Assembly: GCA_963795085.1 (NCBI GenBank)
Contig: CAWCFX010000006.1
Coordinates: forward strand, 1 to 64,000
Reading direction: 5' to 3'
Source of the DNA: an uncultured Gemmatimonadales bacterium
Lineage (GTDB): Bacteria > Gemmatimonadota > Gemmatimonadetes > Gemmatimonadales > GWC2-71-9
Length of the DNA stretch: 64,000 nucleotides
This document shows positions 39,099 to 48,434 of this stretch, in pieces. Position 1 is the stretch's first letter. Each line of letters starts with the position of its first letter. The position numbers were made by a program, and so were the translations under genes. The notes beneath the pieces were generated by a model. That model did no database searches and was not told the DNA's origin. It saw only the letters and a list, made by a program, of their open reading frames with translations.

Positions 39099-40216
39099 GC
39101 CGGCGTCACCGAGCCCAGCAGGCGGAAACCGCGGGCCCCGGTTGCCGCGGGAAGGTTCCCGGGCTGACCGTCCAGCACCAGGTAACCGAGCAGCGCAAAG
39201 GCGACGGCTTCCTTGGCGTCGCCGTCGAAGTGCACCTCGTCGAAGCGCTTGAGATCGGCGGGCTTTCCCCACAGCCCGCCGAGGTGGCGGCGCAGCGCCT
39301 CCATCAGGACCGGGTGATGGCATCCGCCCCCGGATACCACGACCTCCGGCGTGCCCGGCACCCAGCGGGCGATGGCATCGCCCACGCTGCGCGCGGTCAG
39401 CTCGACGGCCGTGGCGACGCCGCTGGGGCCGGGCACCCGGGCATAGAGCATCCGGGCAAAGGGCTGGCCGAACCGTTCCCGCCCGGTGCTCTTGGGCGGA
39501 GGCGCCGCGAAGAATGAATCGGAGAGCAGCGACCGGAGCACCGTTTCGTCCGGGGTGCCTCGGCTGCTGAGATAGCCGTCAGTGTCGTAGGGCAGGCTGG
39601 GGTCGGCCTGCCGGGCCATGTCGTCGATGACCGACATGCCGGGGCCAATATCGAAAGCAAAGGCGCCTTCCAGCCGCCCTCGCTGCTCGACATAGGTGAG
39701 ATTGGCCATGCCGCCGAGATTGAGCAGGACGCGAGCATGGTCGGGAGCGCCGAAAAGCAGCACATCGGCCATCGGCACCAGCGGTGCCCCCTGCCCGCCT
39801 GCGGCCACATCGCGGGCGCGAAAGCCGCTCACCACCCGGACCCCGAAGCGCTCCGCCAGCAGCGCGGGTTCGCCCAGCTGCCAGGTCACCAGGGGCGGCT
39901 CGTGCCAGACGGTCTGCCCGGAATAGGCAATAAAGGAAAGCTCGGCCGGCCGGAGCCCTCCCTCGGCCAGCACCATCTCCACCGCCTGCGCCGCCCACTC
40001 GGCAAGGTGGACACCCAGCAGCGCGAACTCCCGGGCCGGCAGGGCGCCGGCCAGCGCGTGCTGGATCTCCTCTCGCTCCGCCGATGAATAGGGGCGGCAC
40101 ACATACTTCACCAGTTCACAATTGCCCGCGCCCTCGATTCGCACCAGCGCGGCGTCCACCCCGTCGATGGACGTCCCCGACATGAGACCAACGGCCAGGA
40201 CCGGTCGGCCGCTCAC
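39095..40216 (-). CDS. anmK: Anhydro-N-acetylmuramic acid kinase
   Basis: GLMSGTSIDGVD, GQTVWH, DVAAGGQGAPLVP, NLGGMAN, PPKSTGRERF, KEAVAFA. Confidence 0.96.
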   Translation of the reverse strand: MSGRPVLAVGLMSGTSIDGVDAALVRIEGAGNCELVKYVCRPYSSAEREEIQHALAGALPAREFALLGVHLAEWAAQAVEMVLAEGGLRPAELSFIAYSGQTVWHEPPLVTWQLGEPALLAERFGVRVVSGFRARDVAAGGQGAPLVPMADVLLFGAPDHARVLLNLGGMANLTYVEQRGRLEGAFAFDIGPGMSVIDDMARQADPSLPYDTDGYLSSRGTPDETVLRSLLSDSFFAAPPPKSTGRERFGQPFARMLYARVPGPSGVATAVELTARSVGDAIARWVPGTPEVVVSGGGCHHPVLMEALRRHLGGLWGKPADLKRFDEVHFDGDAKEAVAFALLGYLVLDGQPGNLPAATGARGFRLLGSVTPA

Positions 40217-41133
40217 GGGGTCGTCCGGGGTTGCGGCGGGTCCCCTACCACCGGGCGGAGCCGCCCGTCATGCTCGGCCAGCAGCCGCTCCGCCTCTCCT
40301 TTCGGGACGCCTTTCCGGACCATCACGATCGCCAGCTTCACGCTGCCCCCGGCCCGCTCGATTGCCTGGCGTGCCGCCTCCCGGTCCACGCCGGCGGTTT
40401 CCATCACGATGCGCTGCCCCCGGTCCACCAGCTTCTCGCTCCAGGCCTGGAGATCCACCATGAGGTTCCCGTACACCTTCCCCAGCCGGATCATGGCGCC
40501 GGTGGTGAGCATGTTGAGCGCCAGCTTGGTGGCGGTCCCCGCCTTCATCCGGGTGGACCCGGTGACCACCTCGGGCCCGACAAGGAGGGTGATGCAGACG
40601 TCGCAGGTCTCCCGGAGCAGCGCTGGCGGCTCGCTGCAGGAGATGAAGACGGTACCGGCTCCCAGCGCCTGGGCCCGGCCCAGCGCGGCCCGTACATACG
40701 GCGTGGTTCCGCTGGCCGCGATACCCACCACCACGTCGTCGGACGACACCCTTCGGCCGTCCATCTCGGCAATGCCCGCATTCACATCGTCCTCGGCGCC
40801 TTCGGCCGGCTTGACCAGCGCCGGGAGTCCGCCGGCGATGATGCCGACGACCATCTCCGGCGGGGTCCGGAAGGTGGGTGGGCACTCGGACGCATCGAGG
40901 ACGCCGAGGCGCCCGCTGGTGCCGGCGCCGACATACAACAGGCGGCCGCCCCGCCGGAACGCCTGCTCGATCAAATCGATCGCGCCGGCAATCTCCACCC
41001 GGGCCCGGGCCACCGCGGCCGGGACCAGGGCGTCTTCCGCCGCGATGATATCCACGATCTCCAGGGCCGACCGGCGGTCAATGTCGCTGCTGGCGGGATT
41101 GCGCTGCTCGGTCAGCCGGGAATCCAGTTGCAT
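40213..41133 (-). CDS. murQ: N-acetylmuramic acid 6-phosphate etherase
   Basis: TEQRNP, GAGTSGRLGVLDASECPPTF, EGAED, GPEVVTGSTRMKAGTA, GNLMVD. Confidence 0.97.
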   Translation of the reverse strand: MQLDSRLTEQRNPASSDIDRRSALEIVDIIAAEDALVPAAVARARVEIAGAIDLIEQAFRRGGRLLYVGAGTSGRLGVLDASECPPTFRTPPEMVVGIIAGGLPALVKPAEGAEDDVNAGIAEMDGRRVSSDDVVVGIAASGTTPYVRAALGRAQALGAGTVFISCSEPPALLRETCDVCITLLVGPEVVTGSTRMKAGTATKLALNMLTTGAMIRLGKVYGNLMVDLQAWSEKLVDRGQRIVMETAGVDREAARQAIERAGGSVKLAIVMVRKGVPKGEAERLLAEHDGRLRPVVGDPPQPRTTP

Positions 41134-41290
41134 GCGGGCCGGGGAAACGGTGGGAAGGCAGTGGGCAAGGGTCGGGGTCGGGGCGGAGCCTCGGGTGCAA
41201 GTCCCCCCTGCCCCTCGGCCCCCGGGTTTCGTAAATTGAATCCCGTCCCCCCCAGCACGGCAACCTTTCCCCCGCGAGGAATGCGTGAGA

Positions 41291-43012
41291 ATGCACCCCC
41301 TGGGCCTGGTCACGGCCGGCCTCGTTCTCGTCACTGCCTGTACCAACGCCGCCACCCAGGCCCAGGGTCCCGACCGGGGCACCAACCCGGCATGGACCTA
41401 CGCCGGCAAGAGCATCGTCACCGAGGCGCCGCTCGCCATGGTGGTCTCCGCGAATGTGATCGCCAGCGAGGTCGGCCGCGACATTCTCAAGCAGGGTGGC
41501 AATGCGGTGGATGCGGCGGTGGCGGTGGGTATGGCGCTGGCCGTGGTGCACCCGGAGGCCGGGAATATCGGCGGCGGCGGGTTCATGACGATCCGCCTGA
41601 ACGACACCGTCTATACGATCGACTATCGCGAGAAGGCGCCCCAGGCCGCTTCGCGGGACATGTACCTCAACCTCCGCGGGAACCCCAGCGACCTGAGCGC
41701 CGTCGGGCACCTCTCGGTCGGCGTCCCCGGGGCGGTCGCCGGCATGGCGGAAGCCCACCGCCGGTTGGGCAAGCTGACCTGGGCGCGGGTGCTGGCCCCG
41801 GCGATCCGGCTGGCCAACGAGGGGTTCATTATTGACGACTACCGGAGCCGTTCCCTCGATGGAGCGTGGGAACAGCTCTACATATTCCCGGCCTCCCGCG
41901 AATATTTCTTTCCGACCGGTCGCGCCCCCACCCCGGGTACGCGCTTCGTCCAGCGGGACCTCGGCCGCACCCTGCAGGCCATCTCGGACAGCGGTCCGGC
42001 CGGGTTCTACCGCGGCCGGGTGGCGGATCTCATCGTCGCCGAGATGCAGCGGGGCGGCGGCCTTATCACGCATGAAGACCTGGCCGCGTACCGGGCCGAG
42101 TGGCGGGACCCGGTGCGTCTCACCTATCGGGGCTATACCATCTATTCCATGCCGCCCGCCTCCTCGGGAGGCGTCACCATGGGCATGATTCTCAACATCA
42201 TGGAAGGGTACGGCACCCTGCCGCCGTTCGGGTCTGCGGCCCTGCTGCACCGGGAAGCCGAGGCAATGCGCCAGGCCTTCATCCATCGGAACAGCACCCT
42301 GGGCGACCCTGACTTCGTCGAGATGCCGCTGGACCGTCTCCTCTCCAAGGCGTACGCCGATACTCTCCGGAAAGGAACCAACCTCACCCGGGCTAACCCG
42401 ACCCCGGACTTCGACGCCGGTGCCCCGGGCGGCAACTCCACCACCCACTATTCCGTGGTGGATGCCGAGGGCAACACCGTCAGTTGCACCACCACCCTCA
42501 ACAACAGCTATGGCAGCGGCGTGTCGGTCGCCGGCGGGGGCTTTCTCCTGAACGACGAAATGGACGACTTCGCCTCGGCCCCCGGCAAGCCCAACATGTA
42601 CGGCCTGGTCCAGGGCGAGGCCAATGCCATCGCCCCGGGCAAACGGATGCTCTCAGCCATGACACCGAGCATCGTGCTGGACTCCGCCGGCAAGCTGTTC
42701 CTGGTGGTGGGTACGCCGGGTGGTCCCACCATCATTACCCAGGTCTATCACATCATCTCCAACGTGATTGACCACCGCATGCCGCTGGCCGACGCCGTCG
42801 CCGCCCCGCGGATGCACCACCAGGCCCTGCCCGACGAAATCCGGCTGGAGACCAACGGATTTCAGCCCGCCACCCTGGAACAACTCAAGGCCATGGGACA
42901 TACACTCACATTCCGGGGCCGCTGGGGGGACGTAGAAGCCATCATCCGGACACCCGCCGGCTGGCAGGGAGTCAGTGACCCGCGGCTGGGCGGAGGCGGG
43001 GCAGGATACTGA
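41291..43012 (+). CDS. ggt: Gamma-glutamyltransferase (lipoprotein)
   Basis: Lipobox LVTAC; GGNAVDAA, GGGGF, DYRE, TTHYSVVD (nucleophile Thr), NDEMDDF, PGKRMLSAM, GGPTI, PRMHHQ. Confidence 0.96.
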   Translation: MHPLGLVTAGLVLVTACTNAATQAQGPDRGTNPAWTYAGKSIVTEAPLAMVVSANVIASEVGRDILKQGGNAVDAAVAVGMALAVVHPEAGNIGGGGFMTIRLNDTVYTIDYREKAPQAASRDMYLNLRGNPSDLSAVGHLSVGVPGAVAGMAEAHRRLGKLTWARVLAPAIRLANEGFIIDDYRSRSLDGAWEQLYIFPASREYFFPTGRAPTPGTRFVQRDLGRTLQAISDSGPAGFYRGRVADLIVAEMQRGGGLITHEDLAAYRAEWRDPVRLTYRGYTIYSMPPASSGGVTMGMILNIMEGYGTLPPFGSAALLHREAEAMRQAFIHRNSTLGDPDFVEMPLDRLLSKAYADTLRKGTNLTRANPTPDFDAGAPGGNSTTHYSVVDAEGNTVSCTTTLNNSYGSGVSVAGGGFLLNDEMDDFASAPGKPNMYGLVQGEANAIAPGKRMLSAMTPSIVLDSAGKLFLVVGTPGGPTIITQVYHIISNVIDHRMPLADAVAAPRMHHQALPDEIRLETNGFQPATLEQLKAMGHTLTFRGRWGDVEAIIRTPAGWQGVSDPRLGGGGAGY

Positions 43013-43026
43013 TAAGGGGGGAGGAC

Positions 43027-43065
43027 GTGAGAAGTGAGAAGTGAGAAGTGAGAAGTGAGAAGTGA
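43027..43065 (+). repeat. (GTGAGAA)x5 plus a partial unit
   Basis: Read directly, just downstream of the ggt stop. Confidence 0.95.
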
Positions 43066-43082
43066 ACCAATTTCGATGTGCG

Positions 43083-43113
43083 GGGTACCAGTCCTTCAGC
43101 TGGTACCCTTTTT
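43083..43113 (+). terminator. Intrinsic terminator after ggt
   Basis: GGGTACCAG-loop-CTGGTACCC followed by TTTTT. Confidence 0.8.
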
Positions 43114-43124
43114 CATTGCGAGCG

Positions 43125-43637
43125 ATGAAGGAATCTGTCTTCCGTACCTCCGTGGACGTACCGCGGGGCCGCGCCGAGGTGTTTGCGTTCTTCGCCGAGG
43201 CGGGGAACCTGGAACGAATCACGCCACCGGAGCTTCGTTTCCGGATCCTGACCCCTGAACCGGTCGAAATCCGGGCGGGGGCACTCATTGATTATCGCCT
43301 TCGGCTTTACGGCATCCCGATCCGCTGGCGGACGCTGATTGCCGCTTGGGATCCGCCCTCGAGTTTCGTGGACCAGCAGGTGCGGGGACCCTACGCACAG
43401 TGGGTGCACACCCATACTTTCTGCGACTTGCCAGACGGGGGTACCCGGATCAGCGACGAGGTACGGTACCGGCTGCCATTCGGGCCGCTGGGGTGGCTGG
43501 CGTACCCCCTGGTCCGCGGCCAGGTCACGCGAATCTTTTCCTACCGAAAATCCCGGGTCACCAGGCTGCTGGGACTACCCGGCCCTCCGGACACGGTCAG
43601 GGGCGGGAGCATCGAAACCGGATGCCCCCGCCCCTGA
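43125..43637 (+). CDS. SRPBCC family protein
   Basis: VFAFF...NLERITPP...W.TLI...[19 protein letters not shown]...DEVRY.LPFG...IFSYR. Confidence 0.9.
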   Translation: MKESVFRTSVDVPRGRAEVFAFFAEAGNLERITPPELRFRILTPEPVEIRAGALIDYRLRLYGIPIRWRTLIAAWDPPSSFVDQQVRGPYAQWVHTHTFCDLPDGGTRISDEVRYRLPFGPLGWLAYPLVRGQVTRIFSYRKSRVTRLLGLPGPPDTVRGGSIETGCPRP

Positions 43638-43682
43638 CCATCTTCCCCTTGCCCCCTTGCCCCCCTGACCCTCTTGCCCCCT
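43631..43682 (+). repeat. Degenerate CCCCTTGC-type octamer run between convergent genes
   Basis: cccctgaccatcttccccttgcccccttgcccccctgaccctcttgccccct. Confidence 0.65.
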
Positions 43683-43683
43683 T

Positions 43684-44447
43684 TTAGAGCGTCAGGGCCT
43701 CGGTCAGCTTGAGCACGATCCGGGCGCCAGCCGGCACCACGACATCGCGGTCGGCCGTTTCCATGGCGACCCCGGTGCCCACCGCGGCACCGACGACGCC
43801 GCCGATGATGGCGCCCTTCTTGTTGCCGCTCAGCACCCGGCCCGCGATGGCGCCGGCTGCGGCGCCGGCCCCGACCTTGGCCGCATCACCGGCCGTCACG
43901 CCCCGACCCTCCAGCCGGTGTTCCACCGACTCGATGCTGGCATTCAGCGTATAGGATTTTCCTCCAACTTCGATGGTCGCGGGCATCAGGACGATTTTGC
44001 CGTCAGCCTGGCCCTTGTTCTCCGCCGGCTCGATCTGCGAGACCGTAAGGCGGACCACTGAACCCGCGGGGATGACCACGCGGCCGCGGCTGTCCGAGAT
44101 ATCGCTGGCCACCGTCGCCATCAGCGTCTCGCCGGCCTTGTTGGTCCGGGACGAGATCTGCGTGGTGGTATTGGCATTGATGGTAGTGCCGGCCGCCAGG
44201 CTTCGGCCGGCGGGCGGGGCCGGCGTCGAGGGGGTCGTCTGCCGCGGGGTCGTCGGCCGGGCGTGGACGGGGTGCTCGTGGTCGGCGGAGGATTGGTGGG
44301 GCGGTCGTTCAGCGCGGCGCTGGAATCCGCCGGGGACATCTGGAGGTCGCGGCTCAGGCTATCAGCCATCGCCTGGTCGCTCCGGTCCCGACCGCATGCG
44401 GCGACCGCAATGATTCCAAGAATTGCCAGCGGGGTACGAAGCAGCAT
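43684..44447 (-). pseudogene. Glycine-zipper lipoprotein split by a single-base frameshift (or a sequencing error)
   Basis: ATG 44447 with AAGGAGG and lipobox VAAC; both halves match paralog 44918-45751; one extra base at the G-run 44259-44261 joins the frames. Confidence 0.8.
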
Positions 44448-44545
44448 CCTCTCCTCCTTGAGTTGTCGTCTGTCGCGAAGTCGAATCATATCCATCGCAC
44501 CGTTCCCGGCAAGGCCATGTGTGACGGGGGTCACACACCGCCGGG

Positions 44546-44782
44546 TTAGACCCGGTCGTCGAGGCCCTTCACTCCTGCCTCTTCCGCGCAGTGCGCGCAA
44601 CAGAAGAAGGTTCCGTCATCTTCCATCCCGTGGCCGATGATCCGGCAGTTGCAATGGCTGCAGGTGGGGGCGAGGCGGTGGATGGCGCACTCGAAGGAGT
44701 CGAAGGTGTGGGACTTGCCCTCGTAGGTGCGCACGGTGAATGCCTTGTCGTAGTCATTCCCGCAAACTTCACATTTCGCCAT
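44546..44782 (-). CDS. Small Cys/His-rich prokaryotic metallothionein-like protein
   Basis: CEVCGNDYDKAF...FDSFECAIH.LAP.CSHCNCRIIGHG...FCCAHCA; AGGAG upstream. Confidence 0.85.
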   Translation of the reverse strand: MAKCEVCGNDYDKAFTVRTYEGKSHTFDSFECAIHRLAPTCSHCNCRIIGHGMEDDGTFFCCAHCAEEAGVKGLDDRV

Positions 44783-44868
44783 CGGTTGCTCCTGCCGGGG
44801 TTAGGGCCCAGGTCCAGCCTCTACGGTGCGCCCCCGGGCGGTGAAAGGATGTGACACCCACCACAAAG

Positions 44869-44896
44869 GAAAAGCGGCTGCCCGAAGGCAGCCGCT
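44869..44896 (-). terminator. Intrinsic terminator after the lipoprotein gene
   Basis: Minus strand AGCGGCTGCC-TTCG-GGCAGCCGCT followed by TTT (cUUCGg tetraloop). Confidence 0.8.
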
Positions 44897-44917
44897 GGCC
44901 CCACCCTGGGAGCGGGC

Positions 44918-45751
44918 CTAGTTGCTGGACACCACCAGTTCCTGGTTGAGCGTAAAGGTGATGGCGGCTCCCGGCGCCACCACGACATCCCGGTCGGCGG
45001 TCTCCACCGCGACCCCGGTTCCCACGGCGGCACCCACCACCCCGCCGATGACCGTGCCCTTCTTGCCGCCCAGGATCCGCCCCGCGATCGCGCCGGCCGC
45101 TGCGCCGGCGCCGACCTTGGCTGCATCGCCGGTGGTGACGCCCCGGCCCCGCAGCGTGTGCTGGACCGCGGTGCTCGCCCCGCCGATGGGATACTCCCGG
45201 CCCCGCACCGTGACCGAGGCCAGGCGCAGGTTGATGGTGCCCCGGGTAGCGCTCTTGTTCTCGGCCGGCGCCAGCGCCGTAATCGTGAACTGCGCGGTAG
45301 AGCCGGCGGGGATGATCACCCGCCCATTCTCATCGCGGACGTCGTCCGAGATCCGGGCGGTCACCGTTTCTCCCACCTTGTTGCGCTGGGAGGTAATCGA
45401 GTCGGTCGCGGCGGCGCTGATGACGGTCCCCGAGGGGAGCACCAGCGGGGCCGCGGCCACCGGCGGGCGGGCCGGACCGGGATCGCTCACCACGGGGGTC
45501 GGCTGCTGGGCCTGGGGCCGGGGGGTCGTGACCCGGGGCGTCTGCCGCGGAGCCGGCGTCGTAACCGGCGGGGTGGTGACCGGGGCCGGCGGGTTCGCGG
45601 GTGGCGCGTCGTTCAGCGCCACGGTGGATTCGGCCGGTGCCAGCTCGAGGTCCCGGCCCAGGCTGTCGGCCACGGCGTTCTCGGCCCGGTCCCGTCCCGC
45701 GCAACCGGCCAGGAATGTGAGTGCTGCCACGGCCAGGATACTGATTCGCAT
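44918..45751 (-). CDS. Lipoprotein with Pro/Thr linker and glycine-zipper C-domain
   Basis: Lipobox LAGC; KVGAGAAAGAIAGRILGGKKGTVIGGVVGAAVGTG. Confidence 0.85.
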   Translation of the reverse strand: MRISILAVAALTFLAGCAGRDRAENAVADSLGRDLELAPAESTVALNDAPPANPPAPVTTPPVTTPAPRQTPRVTTPRPQAQQPTPVVSDPGPARPPVAAAPLVLPSGTVISAAATDSITSQRNKVGETVTARISDDVRDENGRVIIPAGSTAQFTITALAPAENKSATRGTINLRLASVTVRGREYPIGGASTAVQHTLRGRGVTTGDAAKVGAGAAAGAIAGRILGGKKGTVIGGVVGAAVGTGVAVETADRDVVVAPGAAITFTLNQELVVSSN

Positions 45752-45815
45752 GGTTATCTCCCTCAGAGGATCACTTGCCCGGGTGTGCTCACCCGGTGAC
45801 ATTACCGACCTGTAT

Positions 45816-47597
45816 ATGCGTCAACTTCGAACGGTGCTCCCTTTTGCCCGTCCCTACGCGGGAATATACCTCGCCGGGCTGGGCTTGACCGTGTTCTCCA
45901 ACGTCCTTTCAACTCTTGGGCCACAATTCCTGCGCCGGGGCGTGGAGGCGCTGGAGCGGGGCGATCCCTTCAGCGCCGTCCAGACCGCGGTCCTGATCAT
46001 GGTGGGGCTGGCCCTGGTGGCGGGCGCCGCCCGCTACGGCATGCGCCAGCTGCTCAACAGCGTAAGCCGCCGGGTCGAATACGACATGCGGAACGTGCTG
46101 TACCGACATCTCCAGGGCCTGCCGGCCGAGTTCTACGACCGGTCCACCACCGGCGATCTCATGGCCCGCTCCACCAACGACCTGCTCAACGTCCGCATGG
46201 TGGCGGGACCCGCCGTCATGTATCTGGTGGATACCATCACCCGCTCCATGCTGGTGATCCCCTTCATGCTGGCGATCAGCCCCCGGCTGACGCTGTTCGC
46301 CCTGCTTCCCCTGGTGGCGTTGCCCCCGGTGATGGTCTATTTCGGCCAGGCGATTCACCGTCGCACCACCGCCATCCAGGCCCAGTTCAGCGCCCTGACC
46401 GATTTCGTGCACGAGAACCTTTCGGGCGTGCGAATCGTGCGGGCGTACCGGCAGGAGGCGGCGGAAACCGACCAGTTCACCAGACTAAACGCCGAGTACG
46501 TCACTCGCAACATCGCCCTGGCGCGCACCTATGGCGCCTTCATGCCGGTGATGGGACTGATCGGGGGACTGGGCGGGCTCGCGGTGCTCTACATCGGCGG
46601 CCGCCAGGTGATGCTGGGCAACATCACCGCCGGCGCGTACATCGCGTTCGGCGTGTACCTGGTGACCCTGATCTGGCCGATGATCGCGCTGGGATGGGTG
46701 GTCAACCTGGTTCAGCGGGGCGCCGCCTCGATGGGACGCATCAACCAGTTGCTGGACGAACGCTCGGCCCTGGAGCCGACGCCGGTGCAGGCGCGACCGC
46801 TTTCGGCCGGGGCGGCGAGTCTCCCCGGGGCCCGCAGCATCGCCTTTGAAGGCGTCTGGTTCCAGTATCCCAACGCACGGGACCGCGGCTGGGTCCTCCA
46901 GGACGTCTCCTTCACCGTGGCCGCCGGCCAGTCGCTCGCCATCGTGGGCCCGACCGGCTCCGGCAAGTCCACCCTGGCCGATCTCATCGTCCGCACCTAC
47001 GACCCGGACCGCGGCCGGGTCCTCCTGGACGGGGTGGACGTGAAAGGGCTGGGTCTCGCCCAACTGCGCCAGGAGGTCGGCTTCGTCCCCCAGGAAACCT
47101 TCCTGTTCAGCGACACGATTCGCGAGAACATCCTTTTCGGCGCCCCGGACGACGGCCGGCTGGAAACGGCGGCGGCTACCGCCCAGCTCGCGGACACCCT
47201 GAAAGAACTGAGCGCCGGCGCGGACACCATGCTGGGGGAGCGGGGAATCAATCTTTCCGGCGGGCAGAAACAGCGCACCGCCATCGCCCGGGCGCTGGCC
47301 AAGTCGCCGCCGGTTTTTGTCCTGGATGATGCGTTGAGCGCGGTGGACGCCCAGACCGAAACCCGGATTCTGCGGAGTCTCCGGGGCGCCCTGGCGGGAC
47401 GTACCAGTATCATCATATCCCACCGGCTGGCGGCGGTCCGCGATGCCGACTGGATCCTGGTCCTGGATGGGGGGGTGATCGTCGAGCAGGGAAACCACCA
47501 GGACCTGGTCCAGCGGGACGGGCGGTACTGGGAATTGCTGAGCCGGCAGCAGCTCGAAGAAGAAATCGAGACCGGAGAGTCCCCGGTCCAGGTCTAG
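45816..47597 (+). CDS. ABC exporter, fused TMD-NBD (MdlA-like)
   Basis: ATG 45816; TGDLMAR.TNDL, GPTGSGKST, LSGGQKQR, VLDD, ISHRL. Confidence 0.95.
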   Translation: MRQLRTVLPFARPYAGIYLAGLGLTVFSNVLSTLGPQFLRRGVEALERGDPFSAVQTAVLIMVGLALVAGAARYGMRQLLNSVSRRVEYDMRNVLYRHLQGLPAEFYDRSTTGDLMARSTNDLLNVRMVAGPAVMYLVDTITRSMLVIPFMLAISPRLTLFALLPLVALPPVMVYFGQAIHRRTTAIQAQFSALTDFVHENLSGVRIVRAYRQEAAETDQFTRLNAEYVTRNIALARTYGAFMPVMGLIGGLGGLAVLYIGGRQVMLGNITAGAYIAFGVYLVTLIWPMIALGWVVNLVQRGAASMGRINQLLDERSALEPTPVQARPLSAGAASLPGARSIAFEGVWFQYPNARDRGWVLQDVSFTVAAGQSLAIVGPTGSGKSTLADLIVRTYDPDRGRVLLDGVDVKGLGLAQLRQEVGFVPQETFLFSDTIRENILFGAPDDGRLETAAATAQLADTLKELSAGADTMLGERGINLSGGQKQRTAIARALAKSPPVFVLDDALSAVDAQTETRILRSLRGALAGRTSIIISHRLAAVRDADWILVLDGGVIVEQGNHQDLVQRDGRYWELLSRQQLEEEIETGESPVQV

Positions 47598-47647
47598 CGC
47601 GACCGCCGGGCCGGGGGGTACCTTGCCTGCCCCAGCCACCCCCATCT

Positions 47648-48328
47648 ATGACCACCGCTACCCTGCAGGAGCGCCTGGCCCGGGAGCCCCAACTGCCGCA
47701 GAAGGAAGCGGTGCGAATCGGGGCTCTGCTGGCGCGCGAGGTCGAGCGCCTCAACCGCCAGGGCAAGCGGGCCTGCCCCATCAGCCCCGAATCCGTGATA
47801 CTCCGGGGCCCCGACGTCGCGCTCAACGAGGGGGGCCCGTCCGCCTTTCCGGCACCGGAGGAAGTGGCGGGTCAACCGGTGGATGAGCGGACTGATGTGT
47901 ACCGGCTGGGCGCGCTCATGTACCAAATGCTCACCGGGAGCCCGCCGCCGGTACCGGAAGCGCCGGCCAAGATTGCCACGGCTCCCCGTCTGCGGCCCCC
48001 TGCCTCCGTACCCTCAGTCCACGCGATCCGCCGCGATGTGAACCGGGCGCTCGACGCGGCCATATCCCGCGCGCTCGCTCGCAATCCCCGTGACCGGTTT
48101 GCCCGCGCCGGCCATTTCGCCGAAATTCTCGATGACGCCCTGAGCGGCCGGCTGGACCACCAGCCCCATTCCGACCGGCCCTCGCAGATGATGATCGTGG
48201 ATTCCTGGGAATTCCAGGAGGAGGAAAAACGGGCGGAGCGCAAGCTGAAGCGCCGGGCCACGGACCGCTGGGCCCTCCTGTTCCTCCTCGCCCTGGCCGC
48301 CATCCTGGGATTCGTCTTACTGCGGTAG
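47648..48328 (+). CDS. Degenerate kinase C-lobe-only membrane protein (pseudokinase)
   Basis: APEE...DERTDVYRLGALMYQMLTG.PP...RALARNPRDRF retained; no Gly-rich loop, AxK, HRD or DFG; C-terminal TM. Confidence 0.72.
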   Translation: MTTATLQERLAREPQLPQKEAVRIGALLAREVERLNRQGKRACPISPESVILRGPDVALNEGGPSAFPAPEEVAGQPVDERTDVYRLGALMYQMLTGSPPPVPEAPAKIATAPRLRPPASVPSVHAIRRDVNRALDAAISRALARNPRDRFARAGHFAEILDDALSGRLDHQPHSDRPSQMMIVDSWEFQEEEKRAERKLKRRATDRWALLFLLALAAILGFVLLR

Positions 48329-48434
48329 CGGTACGCTCACCTCAACGGCATGATCCTCGCAAGACAGTTCGCCCGCCGGCAGGGCCGCGGGCATGACCCG
48401 GCATCGTCGCAGTAAACCCTTACAATAGAATACT

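Noticed and set aside
44922..45815. 298-aa N-terminal extension of the ABC transporter ORF
   Set aside because: Antisense to the lipoprotein gene; transporter homology begins at ATG 45816
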